DNA from: Thermoproteota archaeon
Lineage (GTDB): Archaea; Thermoproteota; EX4484-205; JAAOZP01
Direction: 5' to 3'
DNA length: 33,965 bases
NCBI GenBank assembly: GCA_049700215.1
Contig: JBNAVT010000021.1
Coordinates: forward strand, 1-33,965
Positions 9,729 to 18,413 of the stretch are shown piece by piece. Made by a program: the position numbers and the translations under genes. The notes beneath the pieces were generated by a model. It did no database searches. It was not told where the DNA came from and saw only the letters and a list, made by a program, of their open reading frames with translations. Position 1 is the stretch's first letter. Each line of letters opens with the position of its first letter.

Positions 9729-10736
9729 TTATAATCTCGTCGTCCAGTCTAAATCCTTCCTCCCAATTATTCCTGTTCTCCCACCGTCAAAGCTTGAGAC
9801 TTTGAAATCCAGAAGCATCTTTCTCTCCAGAATCCTTACTCTTTTCCAAAGCTGCGTGTAACCTAAGGGCTTAACTCCATTCTCCTTAGCCATGCTCCTG
9901 TACTCTTCGAAAAGGTTTTTAAAACGTATATTCAGAGAGCGTTCTGAAAGTATCTTCATAATAACCCTCTCATGAATATCGCTGAGATTCACACTCATGT
10001 ACGCTAAAGGATTACCCGCTAGTTTTTTCAAAACCTCTAAAACATGTTTTTCATCAATACGCTTATCTTTTGAAGTGTTTAAAGAGGCTTTTAGAATCGC
10101 TAGGGCAAGCCTAGCATCACCGCTAAAACCAGCTATTCTACTTATGGTGTTCAAAGCCTCATCTTCAACGGAAAAACCCTTAAAACCCTCTAGGAACTCT
10201 ATAAGCATGCTGCGGATTTCCTCAAAAGTATACGGCCTAAAATATATTGTGTAAGCAGGCGGCGGAACCATCGTGATGTCGATCGGGACACTATTCGATC
10301 TGAAGATTAACAGTATGAAAAAGCTTACTCCGGGGAAGGCCTCGCCTATCCTTAAAACCGTAGGAACCTGTTTATCTACGGGTGAAAACGTTTCAACGTT
10401 GTCTATCACGATGAGAAGCCTGCCTCTTAAAAGGCGGAGTATTTCCAGCCCAGAGTATCCTCTTAGGCCGAATGCGTGTTGAAGGGTACTGAACAATCCT
10501 CGGCGCCCAACGGCTTCAGGATCCAGGTAAATCTGCTCAAGGTTTTTCCAAGCATGTTTGGCATTATCCATAAGCCTTCTTGCAACAGTTGTTTTCCCGG
10601 TTCCCGGCCCCCCCCATATTACGACTATTACGGTTAAAGGATCCTTGCTCTCCATGAACATTTTCAGAAGCATCCATATCTTTCCATACTCCTCGCCTCT
10701 TAGCCGGACTGTTTCCCCGCCTACGGCTTCCTCCAA
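9729..10736 (-). CDS. cdc6: Divergent Orc1/Cdc6-family AAA+ protein
   Basis: Walker A GGPGTGKT, Walker B-like LIVIDNVE, FRPYTFEEIRSML, sensor-2 GDARLAL, C-terminal wHTH PLGYTQLWKRVRILE...GGRT. Confidence 0.82.
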   Translation of the reverse strand: MEEAVGGETVRLRGEEYGKIWMLLKMFMESKDPLTVIVVIWGGPGTGKTTVARRLMDNAKHAWKNLEQIYLDPEAVGRRGLFSTLQHAFGLRGYSGLEILRLLRGRLLIVIDNVETFSPVDKQVPTVLRIGEAFPGVSFFILLIFRSNSVPIDITMVPPPAYTIYFRPYTFEEIRSMLIEFLEGFKGFSVEDEALNTISRIAGFSGDARLALAILKASLNTSKDKRIDEKHVLEVLKKLAGNPLAYMSVNLSDIHERVIMKILSERSLNIRFKNLFEEYRSMAKENGVKPLGYTQLWKRVRILERKMLLDFKVSSFDGGRTGIIGRKDLDWTTRL

Positions 10737-10855
10737 GGCCTATACTGGAAGCATCTAACCGCGCTGCTTATTTTTGGGTTGCGAATGTAAACTGGTGAGG
10801 GGGAGAGTAGGGTGAATAAGTAATGTTTTTAAGGAGCCTAGGGAACCGGTAGGTG

Positions 10856-11008
10856 ATGCCGGAGCTTCAGTGTTTAGCCTGCAACAGGGTCATAAGCGAG
10901 GAAGAAATGTCGGAATTTAGAGGGGACGTTAGATGCCCCTATTGCGGGTTTAGGGTTCTTAAGAAAACGCGATCAAAAAAGGTTGCTAAACAGGTTTTTT
11001 CCGGGTAA
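10856..11008 (+). CDS. rpoP: RNA polymerase subunit Rpo12 (P)
   Basis: Below the ORF-track size cutoff. MPELQCLACNRVISEEEMSEFRGDVRCPYCGFRVLKKTRSKKVAKQVFSG (50 aa) has CxxC...RCPYCGxRVLxKxR. Confidence 0.9.
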   Translation: MPELQCLACNRVISEEEMSEFRGDVRCPYCGFRVLKKTRSKKVAKQVFSG

Positions 11009-11010
11009 AC

Positions 11011-11020
11011 TTTATATAAA
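11011..11020 (+). promoter_or_regulatory. TATA box upstream of the hairpin element
   Basis: TTTATATAAA starting ~29 nt before the first base of the 11040-11119 stem, nearly the same spacing as the tRNA-Pro promoter. Confidence 0.5.
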
Positions 11021-11039
11021 TCTCCTTGGACTCCTATGA

Positions 11040-11119
11040 GGGAAACGGTGAGGGTCGTCCTCCGTGTATTGCTTAATTCTAAATATCCGTGAGGACATCC
11101 CCCACCCTCACCGTTTTCC
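11040..11119 (+). ncRNA. Candidate structured small RNA or inverted-repeat element (~80 nt)
   Basis: Perfect 13-bp inverted repeat AAACGGTGAGGGT (11043-11055) / ACCCTCACCGTTT (11104-11116), extending to 16 bp with one G-U pair on the + strand; inner stem GTCCTC/GAGGAC; AT-rich loop. Confidence 0.45.
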
Positions 11120-11220
11120 ATTAAGCATTACGAGATTAGGCTCAACACTCCATGGTTCAGAATGTTTCAAAGAGGCTGGCCCAGCGGCATACGGGATAAA
11201 AATGCGGCCTGGAAACAAAG

Positions 11221-11228
11221 TTTTTAAA
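11221..11228 (+). promoter_or_regulatory. TATA box of tRNA-Pro, preceded by an A-rich BRE
   Basis: GAAACAAAG-TTTTTAAA about 30 nt upstream of the tRNA 5' end. Confidence 0.6.
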
Positions 11229-11251
11229 CTGCTTGAAAAGTGTTGAAGCAA

Positions 11252-11341
11252 GGGGTCGTCGTCTAGAGTTAAAACGGGCAGCTTGGTCTAGGATACCAGC
11301 CTGGGGCGCTGGCGACCTGGGTTCAAATCCCGGCGACCCCA
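11252..11341 (+). tRNA. tRNA-Pro(GGG) with a 15-nt intron at non-canonical position 15/16 (intron 11267-11281); CCA not encoded
   Basis: Acceptor GGGGTCG/CGACCCC+A, D-stem GTCT/GGAT, anticodon arm CCAGC-CTGGGGC-GCTGG, T-arm CTGGG-TTCAAAT-CCCGG. The insert AGTTAAAACGGGCAG forms a bulge-helix-bulge-type motif. Confidence 0.93.
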
Positions 11342-11433
11342 TTGTTTACGCATCTCGCATAGGTTCCAGGTCAAGTTCACCACCGCCTCCCATGCGAAAA
11401 GTTTATACGCCTACTTCCTCCCCCTCTAGGGCG

Positions 11434-11655
11434 TTGCCCGCTTACTATTGTCCAGACTGCGGAGGAGAGTTAAGATACGAGCCTGCCACTAAGCTATACG
11501 TATGTAAGGCATGTGGAAGGGTTTACGAGTTTGAGGAGCTTAAGACCACTAAGGAAAGGTTCCTTAAATCCGTTATGGAGAGCGATGAGGAAAAGAGGAA
11601 GAAGCGTAGGCGGGAAGTTGTTAAATGGTGGCTGGGCGAGAAGTCGGAGGAGTAG
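11434..11655 (+). CDS. Small zinc-ribbon hypothetical protein (73 aa)
   Basis: From TTG 11434: YYCPDCGGELRYEPATKLYVCKACG, then a charged helix ending KWWL; TATA-like TTTATA at ~11402. Confidence 0.75.
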   Translation: MPAYYCPDCGGELRYEPATKLYVCKACGRVYEFEELKTTKERFLKSVMESDEEKRKKRRREVVKWWLGEKSEE

Positions 11656-11840
11656 CCCAGTTCCTTCCCCACTGCTCTGATTGCTTTATTCATCAACGGT
11701 TTGAAAGCATCATAGCAAATAGATGCAAACAAGTTGATTAAGCATATTGAGCCTTGGTTTTTAAACGGGGCATTGGGGGACAATTTCAGAATTATGAGTA
11801 ATTTTTAAAAGCCCAGCGTTTTCCGAGTCTATTAACGAGA

Positions 11841-13091
11841 ATGGCTGATCGTTTTAGGCTTTCCAGCTTCAGCGGCGGGGAAAAACAGTACGTTGAGCGG
11901 ATAATGCTTGACGTTAAGAAGAGGGGTGACAATGCTCTTTTGGACTATACTTCCCGCCCGAAGCCTTTTGACAATGTCAAGCTTACCAAGAGCCGGCTCA
12001 CAGTCGCCGAGAAGGAGCTTAAGGAATCCGAGCAGAGGGTAAAAATCGAAGTCAAGAAGGCAATCCTCTTCCTGATGAAAAGCATCGAGAAAGTAGTTAG
12101 GCTGCAAATAAAGGCTTTCCACCCAATTTCCCTCCGGGAAGGAGGCTTTGAGTATTCTCTACGCCTATACCCGCTTGAGAGAATCGGTGTCCTAGTTCCG
12201 GGTGGAAGAGCATCATACGTTTCAACTCTAGTCATGGCTGCTTACCCGGCTGTCTTAGTCGGCGTTAAGGAAATCCATGTTTTAACACCCCCGAGGCCAG
12301 ACGGGTCCGTCAACCCGGCGATACTTTACGCCGCCAGGCTAATGGGCTTGAGAAGAGTCTACAGGTGCAACATGGTTGCCGGAGTAGGTGCTCTAGCTTT
12401 CGGCACAGAGTCCATTCCAAGGGTTGACAAGATATTCGGCCCAGGAAACAGGTTCGTCACTATGGCGAAAATGATTGCAAGCAGCTACGGTGTTTCAATA
12501 GATATTCCTGCAGGACCCTCGGAACTCGTGGTGCTCGCAGACTCGGGCGCAAACCCTGGTTTAGTAGCGCTAGACCTGGCTGCGCAGGCTGAGCACTCGC
12601 CGGATGCTTTTACAGCTCTTATCACTGACTCGCGCCGCATAGCCAAATCCGTTGTGAAAATATTCAGAGAGCTTTCAGAAAGACAGGGTTTAAAAGTAAG
12701 GCTGAACCTATACTTGGTCAACTCCATCGGGGAAGGCGTGGAAAAATGCAACCTTCTGGCGCCGGAACATGTTTCCCTGCACGTGAGGAACCCTAGGGCA
12801 ATAGCTGGGAAGCTGAGGGTCGCTGGAACAGTTTTCCTCGGCGGCTTTTCGCCACCGGCTGTGGGGGATTATGCTTCAGGGAGCAGCCATATTCTACCAA
12901 CCGCGGGGCATGCGAAAGCAAGAGGCGGAGTGACAATACTTGACTACTTAAGACTCGTCTCCTACCAGGGTTTTACCCTGAAATACGTGAAATCGGTTAG
13001 CAAGCATGTTGCGGTCCTAAGCAGTGTAGAAGGGCTTCCCCTACACGGCAAGAGTGTTGAAGCGAGGCTAACTAGGAGGCTGGTTGTATGA
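11841..13091 (+). CDS. hisD: Histidinol dehydrogenase
   Basis: VPGGRASYVST, GPGNRFV, DIPAGPSE, QAEH, APEH, VGDYASGSSHILPT, EGLPLH. Confidence 0.92.
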   Translation: MADRFRLSSFSGGEKQYVERIMLDVKKRGDNALLDYTSRPKPFDNVKLTKSRLTVAEKELKESEQRVKIEVKKAILFLMKSIEKVVRLQIKAFHPISLREGGFEYSLRLYPLERIGVLVPGGRASYVSTLVMAAYPAVLVGVKEIHVLTPPRPDGSVNPAILYAARLMGLRRVYRCNMVAGVGALAFGTESIPRVDKIFGPGNRFVTMAKMIASSYGVSIDIPAGPSELVVLADSGANPGLVALDLAAQAEHSPDAFTALITDSRRIAKSVVKIFRELSERQGLKVRLNLYLVNSIGEGVEKCNLLAPEHVSLHVRNPRAIAGKLRVAGTVFLGGFSPPAVGDYASGSSHILPTAGHAKARGGVTILDYLRLVSYQGFTLKYVKSVSKHVAVLSSVEGLPLHGKSVEARLTRRLVV

Positions 13092-13861
13092 AAGCTGTCT
13101 TCCTAATAGGTACTGCCGGAAGTGGTAAAACAACCTTCGTAAAAAACTTCTCGCAATGGATGGAGGACAAGGGTGTGGATGTTGCAAGGATTAACTTGGA
13201 TCCAGGGGTTGTAAGCCTACCTTATTCTGCTGACTTTGACGTTAGAACGTACGTTGATACTGAGAAGCTGATGAGGGATATCGGGCTTGGACCCAACAGC
13301 GCCCTGACGGTTGCTTCAGACCTTATCGCAGTGAAGGTTCACGAGATAAGTGAGGAGATTGAGGAAATGGGTCATGAGCTTGCCCTGATCGACACCCCCG
13401 GCCAGATAGAGCTTTTCGCTTTCAGACCGGTTGGGAGAGCCTTCTCGGAGAGTTTCCTCAAAGGACCTAGGATGGTGATATACTTGTTCGACTACGCCCT
13501 AATGCTTGAACCACTAGGCTTCTTAGCCTCACTATACCTAAGCATGTCTGTCTACGCTTCCCTCACAATGCCACAGCTTAACGTTGTTAACAAAGTTGAT
13601 TTAGCCAGCCCCCGTCTAGTCAAGAGGATTGAAGAATGGTATTCTAACCCTTTGAAGCTATATGAGGCTATCACTAGATCCTACAGGGGGGAGAAACTGA
13701 AGCTTGGACAAGAGCTTTCAAGAGCATTGTCTCTCTTAAGCGGCTTAAACAAGCCTATGCCTGTTTCAGCCGTCACGATGGAGGGCTTTGTAGATGTTTA
13801 CTCCCAGGTTACAAGGATCCTGGGGACAGGCGAGGAATTCTCGCATGAACAGGCTCTTTAA
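13088..13861 (+). CDS. GPN-loop GTPase
   Basis: GTAGSGKT, NLDPG, GLGPN, DTPGQIELF, NKVD. Confidence 0.92.
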   Translation: MKAVFLIGTAGSGKTTFVKNFSQWMEDKGVDVARINLDPGVVSLPYSADFDVRTYVDTEKLMRDIGLGPNSALTVASDLIAVKVHEISEEIEEMGHELALIDTPGQIELFAFRPVGRAFSESFLKGPRMVIYLFDYALMLEPLGFLASLYLSMSVYASLTMPQLNVVNKVDLASPRLVKRIEEWYSNPLKLYEAITRSYRGEKLKLGQELSRALSLLSGLNKPMPVSAVTMEGFVDVYSQVTRILGTGEEFSHEQAL

Positions 13862-13916
13862 AGGGTTTTCGAGACAGAGAAATATTTATTAAACCACTGT
13901 CAAGTTCCTCAGCGAT

Positions 13917-14795
13917 TTGCCCGCCTTCCAAGAGACAGAGGGCCTTGAATCAAGGGCTTATGTTAGACAGATTGAGGAAGAGCTTAAGAAGCAGAAGGAG
14001 AAGCTCACGGGGCTCGTAGCCCGCAGAAGACAGCTGAGAGACGAGATCGCCGCGTTAAGCAAGCAGATCGACGAATACGTGGCTAAGAGAAACGAGCTTA
14101 ACGAACAGATTAAGAAGATTAAGGACGAGATTGGGCAGCTGAGGGCTTCTGAGAAAAACCTTAAGGAGGAAATGGAGCGTAAAAGAGTTGTTATAAAAAG
14201 CCACTCTAGGAAGATAAGGATAAGCGAGAAAGAAGCCAGGACGCAGCTCTCGAGACTCGAATGGAGGCTTGCGACGGAGCACTTGGAGCCTAAGGAGGAG
14301 GCTGAGCTCGTTAAAGAGATCGAGAGGGCCAGGGCGATTCTGCGCGAGGTTGAGGCAGTCGTCAGCATGAGGAAGAACATTGGCGACTTCGAAAAAAAGA
14401 TAGGTGAAATAACCTCTATGATAATGGAGAAGAATAATGAGAAGGCTAAGCTTGTGGAGGCTTCTAACCTCTACCATGCTAAGATTAAGCAGCTCCTGGA
14501 GGATAAGAGGGTGAGGAGAGACGAGCTTGCAAACCTGGATTCAGAGATAGAGGAGGCTAAGAAGAAGAAGGACGAGCTTTTCATGAAAATGGTTGAGATA
14601 GATGCTAAATCCTACTTGGCAAGAATGAGACGTGTGCTTATGATGCAGGAGGAGCACGCTAAGCGTTTAAAAATGGAGGAGGCTGTTAAGAGCAAGCTTG
14701 CTCTAGATGCCCAGGAGAAGCTTAAACGCGGCGAGTCACTGGACTGGGAAGAGTTTAAAGCTATGATGGAGCTGCAGGGGGGTCGATCCAGCTAG
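13917..14795 (+). CDS. Archaeal coiled-coil protein (COG1340-like)
   Basis: Continuous heptads, LEWRLATEHLEPKEEAELV, C-terminal EKLKRGESLDWEEF. Confidence 0.75.
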   Translation: MPAFQETEGLESRAYVRQIEEELKKQKEKLTGLVARRRQLRDEIAALSKQIDEYVAKRNELNEQIKKIKDEIGQLRASEKNLKEEMERKRVVIKSHSRKIRISEKEARTQLSRLEWRLATEHLEPKEEAELVKEIERARAILREVEAVVSMRKNIGDFEKKIGEITSMIMEKNNEKAKLVEASNLYHAKIKQLLEDKRVRRDELANLDSEIEEAKKKKDELFMKMVEIDAKSYLARMRRVLMMQEEHAKRLKMEEAVKSKLALDAQEKLKRGESLDWEEFKAMMELQGGRSS

Positions 14796-14877
14796 TATAG
14801 GCTACCGTCGTTTTAGAAGTTTTTGGACATACAAAAGTTTTTTAACGATAGAATACTTACATATATTAAAGGGGCTC

Positions 14878-15999
14878 TTGGAAGAGAACACTAAAAGGGC
14901 GTTAATCATATGCGTGGACCTGGACGACGACGTGGGTAGAAAAACCGGGTTAGAAACCCCTATAATCGGCAGGGATAACGTGTTGAAAGCGGCTGAAAAG
15001 CTTGCCCTAGTTGACCCTGAGGAGGCTGATTCAAACGCGATGTTCGCGTCAATAAGGCTTTCCGACGAGCTTTTTCAAAAAGGCTATTTGACGGAGGTCA
15101 GCGTGATCGGCGGCTTAAGCGACGGCGGTCTTGAAGCGTCTCGAAAGGCTATGAATGAAATAACGCGTGTCGCAAACTCTTTCAACCCTTCGGAGGTCTA
15201 TGTTGTGACAGACGGTTTCGGAGAGGAGGACATAGAGCCCATCATAAGGGCGAGACTGCCCCTTACCGGCGTGAAAAGGGTTGTGGTTAAGCAGAGCCGC
15301 TCCATAGAGGCGTCTTACATAATATTCGGAAGATATTTGAAAATGCTTTTCTCAGACCCCAGGTTTAAGAAATGGTTCCTTGGGCTTGGAGGCATCCTCA
15401 TAATTACGCTGACGCTCTTAAGTTACTATGGTTCCACAAGAGAGGTTTCAACAGCCTTCTGGAGCATAATAGGTTTAGCGGTTTTGATGAGGGGGTTTGA
15501 CCTAGATAGGCTTGCTTCAGCAGGCCTTAAACATGTCTTCGGAGGCGAGATGCCTCCCCAGCTCCTAATACTTAAGACACTGCTGCTTTCCACAGGAATA
15601 TCCCTAATCCTGTTCGCGCTTTCCACAGGACTTTCCACAGGGTTCCTCCCGGACGAAACCCTAGTAGCTAGAATCGGAAGGTTCATTGCGCAGACTATCG
15701 ATGTCCTGCTGTTCGGCGTTGCCGTAACCCTTTTAAGCGGCACGATAAAACATCCTTTAACTGCTTCAAGCATTCAAGACTCGCTTACAATACTTGCGAA
15801 CATAGTGACCCTTATTCCCATGCTCAGAACTCTGGGGCTGGCTGTCGCAACCCCCTCATTCGAGCTTAAGACGCTCCTCCACGTCAGTCTTCTAACCCTC
15901 CTGCTTGTTTTCGCGGTTAACATCACGGTTTTCTTAACAATGAGGCTTCTCTACTCGCTGAAAATACTTAAAATCAGCCAGGGAACAAAGACAGCCTGA
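14878..15999 (+). CDS. DUF373-family membrane protein
   Basis: N-terminal CVDLDDDVGRKTG...DPEEADSN, VVVKQS, several C-terminal hydrophobic helices; adjacent to uppS. Confidence 0.85.
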   Translation: MEENTKRALIICVDLDDDVGRKTGLETPIIGRDNVLKAAEKLALVDPEEADSNAMFASIRLSDELFQKGYLTEVSVIGGLSDGGLEASRKAMNEITRVANSFNPSEVYVVTDGFGEEDIEPIIRARLPLTGVKRVVVKQSRSIEASYIIFGRYLKMLFSDPRFKKWFLGLGGILIITLTLLSYYGSTREVSTAFWSIIGLAVLMRGFDLDRLASAGLKHVFGGEMPPQLLILKTLLLSTGISLILFALSTGLSTGFLPDETLVARIGRFIAQTIDVLLFGVAVTLLSGTIKHPLTASSIQDSLTILANIVTLIPMLRTLGLAVATPSFELKTLLHVSLLTLLLVFAVNITVFLTMRLLYSLKILKISQGTKTA

Positions 16000-16802
16000 T
16001 GCTAGGGATCGTGGAAAGCATTGCTTCGAGGATTTCGAGAAACAGGCTGTCTCTCTGGCTTTACGAGAAGGCCCTCGTAAGGCAGGTTGGCCAGCTGCCA
16101 CCCCCGAAACACATAGGAATTATAATGGATGGGAACAGGAGATGGGCCGAGTCAAAGGGCTTGGAAAAATACTTGGGGCATGTTTTCGGCGCGAAAAAGG
16201 TCGGCGAGGTTCTTAAATGGTGCTACGACCTAGGCATCAACACGGTAACGCTCTACGTTTTCTCAACCGAGAACCTTAAAAGGCCGCGTGAAGAGGTTGA
16301 TTTGATTTTTAAGCTCTTCAAGGATAAGCTTATCGAGGTGATGGACAAGAAGGTTCTGCACGAGACTAGGACACGCTTCAAAGTAATAGGCAGGAGGGAT
16401 CTTATACCTGAAGAGATTATACGGTATGTTGAGAAGATTGAGACGGAGACGGAGGGCTATTCCTCACACTACTTGAATATAGCCTTCGCATACGGGGGGA
16501 GGGCTGAAATAGTAGACGCTGTTAAGAGTATTGCTCGCGAAGTATCTGAAGGATTATTAGAGCCGAATGATATAGATGAGGAAACAATTTCGAAAAGGCT
16601 TTACACTGCTCATCTTCCGGAGCCTGACCCCGACCTCATAATTAGAACTTCCGGAGAGGAGCGCCTAAGCAACTTTCTCCTATGGCAGTCAGCATACAGT
16701 GAGCTAGTTTTCATGGATGTGTACTGGCCCGAGTTTAGGAGGATAGACCTGCTTAGAGCGATAAGAACATACCAGAGGAGGAAAAGGAGGTTCGGCATCT
16801 AA
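15999..16802 (+). CDS. uppS: cis-prenyltransferase (polyprenyl diphosphate synthase)
   Basis: HIGIIMDGNRRWA, FSTEN, YGGRAEI, DLIIRTSGEERLSNFLLWQ, RRFG. Confidence 0.96.
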   Translation: MLGIVESIASRISRNRLSLWLYEKALVRQVGQLPPPKHIGIIMDGNRRWAESKGLEKYLGHVFGAKKVGEVLKWCYDLGINTVTLYVFSTENLKRPREEVDLIFKLFKDKLIEVMDKKVLHETRTRFKVIGRRDLIPEEIIRYVEKIETETEGYSSHYLNIAFAYGGRAEIVDAVKSIAREVSEGLLEPNDIDEETISKRLYTAHLPEPDPDLIIRTSGEERLSNFLLWQSAYSELVFMDVYWPEFRRIDLLRAIRTYQRRKRRFGI

Positions 16803-17890
16803 ACAGTTTTAAGGAAAGCGTTTGAAGAGCCCCACTTACATGAGGCTAGAGTGAGTTTTAAAGGTCCGGAGTCTGTTACGAGATAAGTGTCTTCAACCCG
16901 GGCTCCGCCGACCCCGGGCACGTAGACCCCGGGCTCTATCGTTATAATGTTCCCTGCTTTCAGCTCCTCGTTGCTCGAGGGAGAGATTGAGGGTGGTTCA
17001 TGAATATCTATCCCAACCCCGTGTCCAAGGCCGTGTGCAAAATACTTGCCCAACCCGTATTCCTCCAATACTTCGCAAGCAAGCCTGTCTATCTCGCATG
17101 CTTTAACCCCTGGGAAAGCCTTTCTCTCAGCAGCCTTCTTAGCTTCCTCCACAGCCTCAATCATCAGTGCAGCATCGCTTCCCTCAAGCCTTTCTCCGAA
17201 AACCATGGTACGGGTCAAATCGCTTTTATAGTTGAAATAGTCTGCCCCAGCGTCTATCAGCACGATGTCACCCTTCTTCAATCTTCTTAAGGATGGGGTC
17301 GAGTGGGGGTTGGAGGAGTTTTCTCCGAATGCAACTATCGTTTCGAAAGCAGGTTTGAAAGCACCTTTTAAAACTATCCGAGAATCGTATTCACAGGCAA
17401 CCTCGACTTCAGCAGCACCCTCGCTCAGCCTACTCGTGATTTCACAGACTGTTTGACTCGCTATTTCAGCAGCCCTCTTAACCTTGTCTATTTCACGCGC
17501 ATCCTTAACCATGCGCATCTCCCTAACTATCCTACTGCCGGTTTTCACGAGCACGCAGAGTTCTTTCTCAAGCCTCAATGCTTCATGCATTTCTAGCGAG
17601 TCGAACTCCACATACCTTAAACCAGCCGGTTTTTCTTTAAAAAGCCCCTGTAAATATCCTTCACCCCTGTCCAGCCTAACAACTCTAACATCATTCAGCG
17701 AGGAAGACATGTTAACGCTTTCCAGGGGCGTTACTAGCAGCCTAGCTTCACCGCTCCTAGGTATTAGGAGCATTCCGGAGACAGGCTGTTCACTGTCAAT
17801 CGCGTAGATTATGTTCCCCTGCTCTTTTAAAACAAGCAGGTCTATGCCGGTTTTACTCAGACTGTTTTGGATTCTCTCTATCCTGCTCAT
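16799..17890 (-). CDS. pepQ: Xaa-Pro dipeptidase/aminopeptidase (M24B)
   Basis: Metal ligands DAG...SDLTRT, HGLGHGVGIDIHE, TIEPGVY, RVED. Confidence 0.88.
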   Translation of the reverse strand: MSRIERIQNSLSKTGIDLLVLKEQGNIIYAIDSEQPVSGMLLIPRSGEARLLVTPLESVNMSSSLNDVRVVRLDRGEGYLQGLFKEKPAGLRYVEFDSLEMHEALRLEKELCVLVKTGSRIVREMRMVKDAREIDKVKRAAEIASQTVCEITSRLSEGAAEVEVACEYDSRIVLKGAFKPAFETIVAFGENSSNPHSTPSLRRLKKGDIVLIDAGADYFNYKSDLTRTMVFGERLEGSDAALMIEAVEEAKKAAERKAFPGVKACEIDRLACEVLEEYGLGKYFAHGLGHGVGIDIHEPPSISPSSNEELKAGNIITIEPGVYVPGVGGARVEDTYLVTDSGPLKLTLASCKWGSSNAFLKTV

Positions 17891-18413
17891 ACGCAGGCTC
17901 TATTTGGAGCCGTGTTCTTAAAGCTTGCTTAAGCTCGTCGTCGCTGCGTACGCCGAAAACGCTTAAGCCGGTTGGGGTTAGCCTCAGCATCTTGCTCCTC
18001 CCTTCCCTGCTTGCTTCAAGCAGCCCCATTTCAACCAGCCTCTTAATCTGCTTGTATGCGTGCGACCCCCGGAGGCCTACGATTTTGGATTGAGCTATAG
18101 GTTGTTTCAAACCTATGAGTGTGAGCGTTTTTAAGACGGCTCTGCTCATCATGGGTTTCACGCCTACTCTCTTAACGAAGCCCGAGTACTCAGGCTTAAC
18201 CTTCAGCATGTAATTCCCCTGCCCTATCTCAACTATTTCCAGACTCGTGTCCCTAGCCCTGTATTCCTCGACGAGCTCTCTCAACGCTTTCTCCACCTTC
18301 TCAACCTTCCTGGCGCCTGCAGCAGACTTCAACTGCCTAAGGGTCAAGGGTCTCCCAGATGCGAAGAGGGCTGCCTCAATCCTCTTCCTATACTCCAAGT
18401 CCCTGGAGACCAT
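17853..18413 (-). CDS. scpB: SMC-Scp complex subunit ScpB (kite)
   Basis: RIEAALFAS, SRAVLKTLTLIGLKQPIAQSKIVGLRGSHAYKQIKRLVEMGL, tandem wHTH; directly after scpA. Confidence 0.9.
   Translation of the reverse strand: MVSRDLEYRKRIEAALFASGRPLTLRQLKSAAGARKVEKVEKALRELVEEYRARDTSLEIVEIGQGNYMLKVKPEYSGFVKRVGVKPMMSRAVLKTLTLIGLKQPIAQSKIVGLRGSHAYKQIKRLVEMGLLEASREGRSKMLRLTPTGLSVFGVRSDDELKQALRTRLQIEPAYEQDRENPKQSE

Noticed and set aside
11206-11220. ORB-like CCTGGAAACAAAG
   Set aside because: Coincides with the BRE of the tRNA promoter and lacks a G-string.
10939-11246. ORFs 10939-11121 (-) and 11064-11246 (+), and an 18-codon ORF at the hairpin
   Set aside because: They overlap rpoP, the hairpin or the tRNA promoter and have no protein-like motifs.
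11157-11433. ORF 11157-11342 (-) and the 5' part of ORF 11233-11655 (+)
   Set aside because: Both run through tRNA-Pro; the GSPGFEP peptide is just the translated antisense T-arm.
11660-11725. Possible C/D box sRNA on the minus strand (ATGATG...TGATGA...CAGA)
   Set aside because: Boxes are imperfect and guide spacing does not fit the archaeal pattern.
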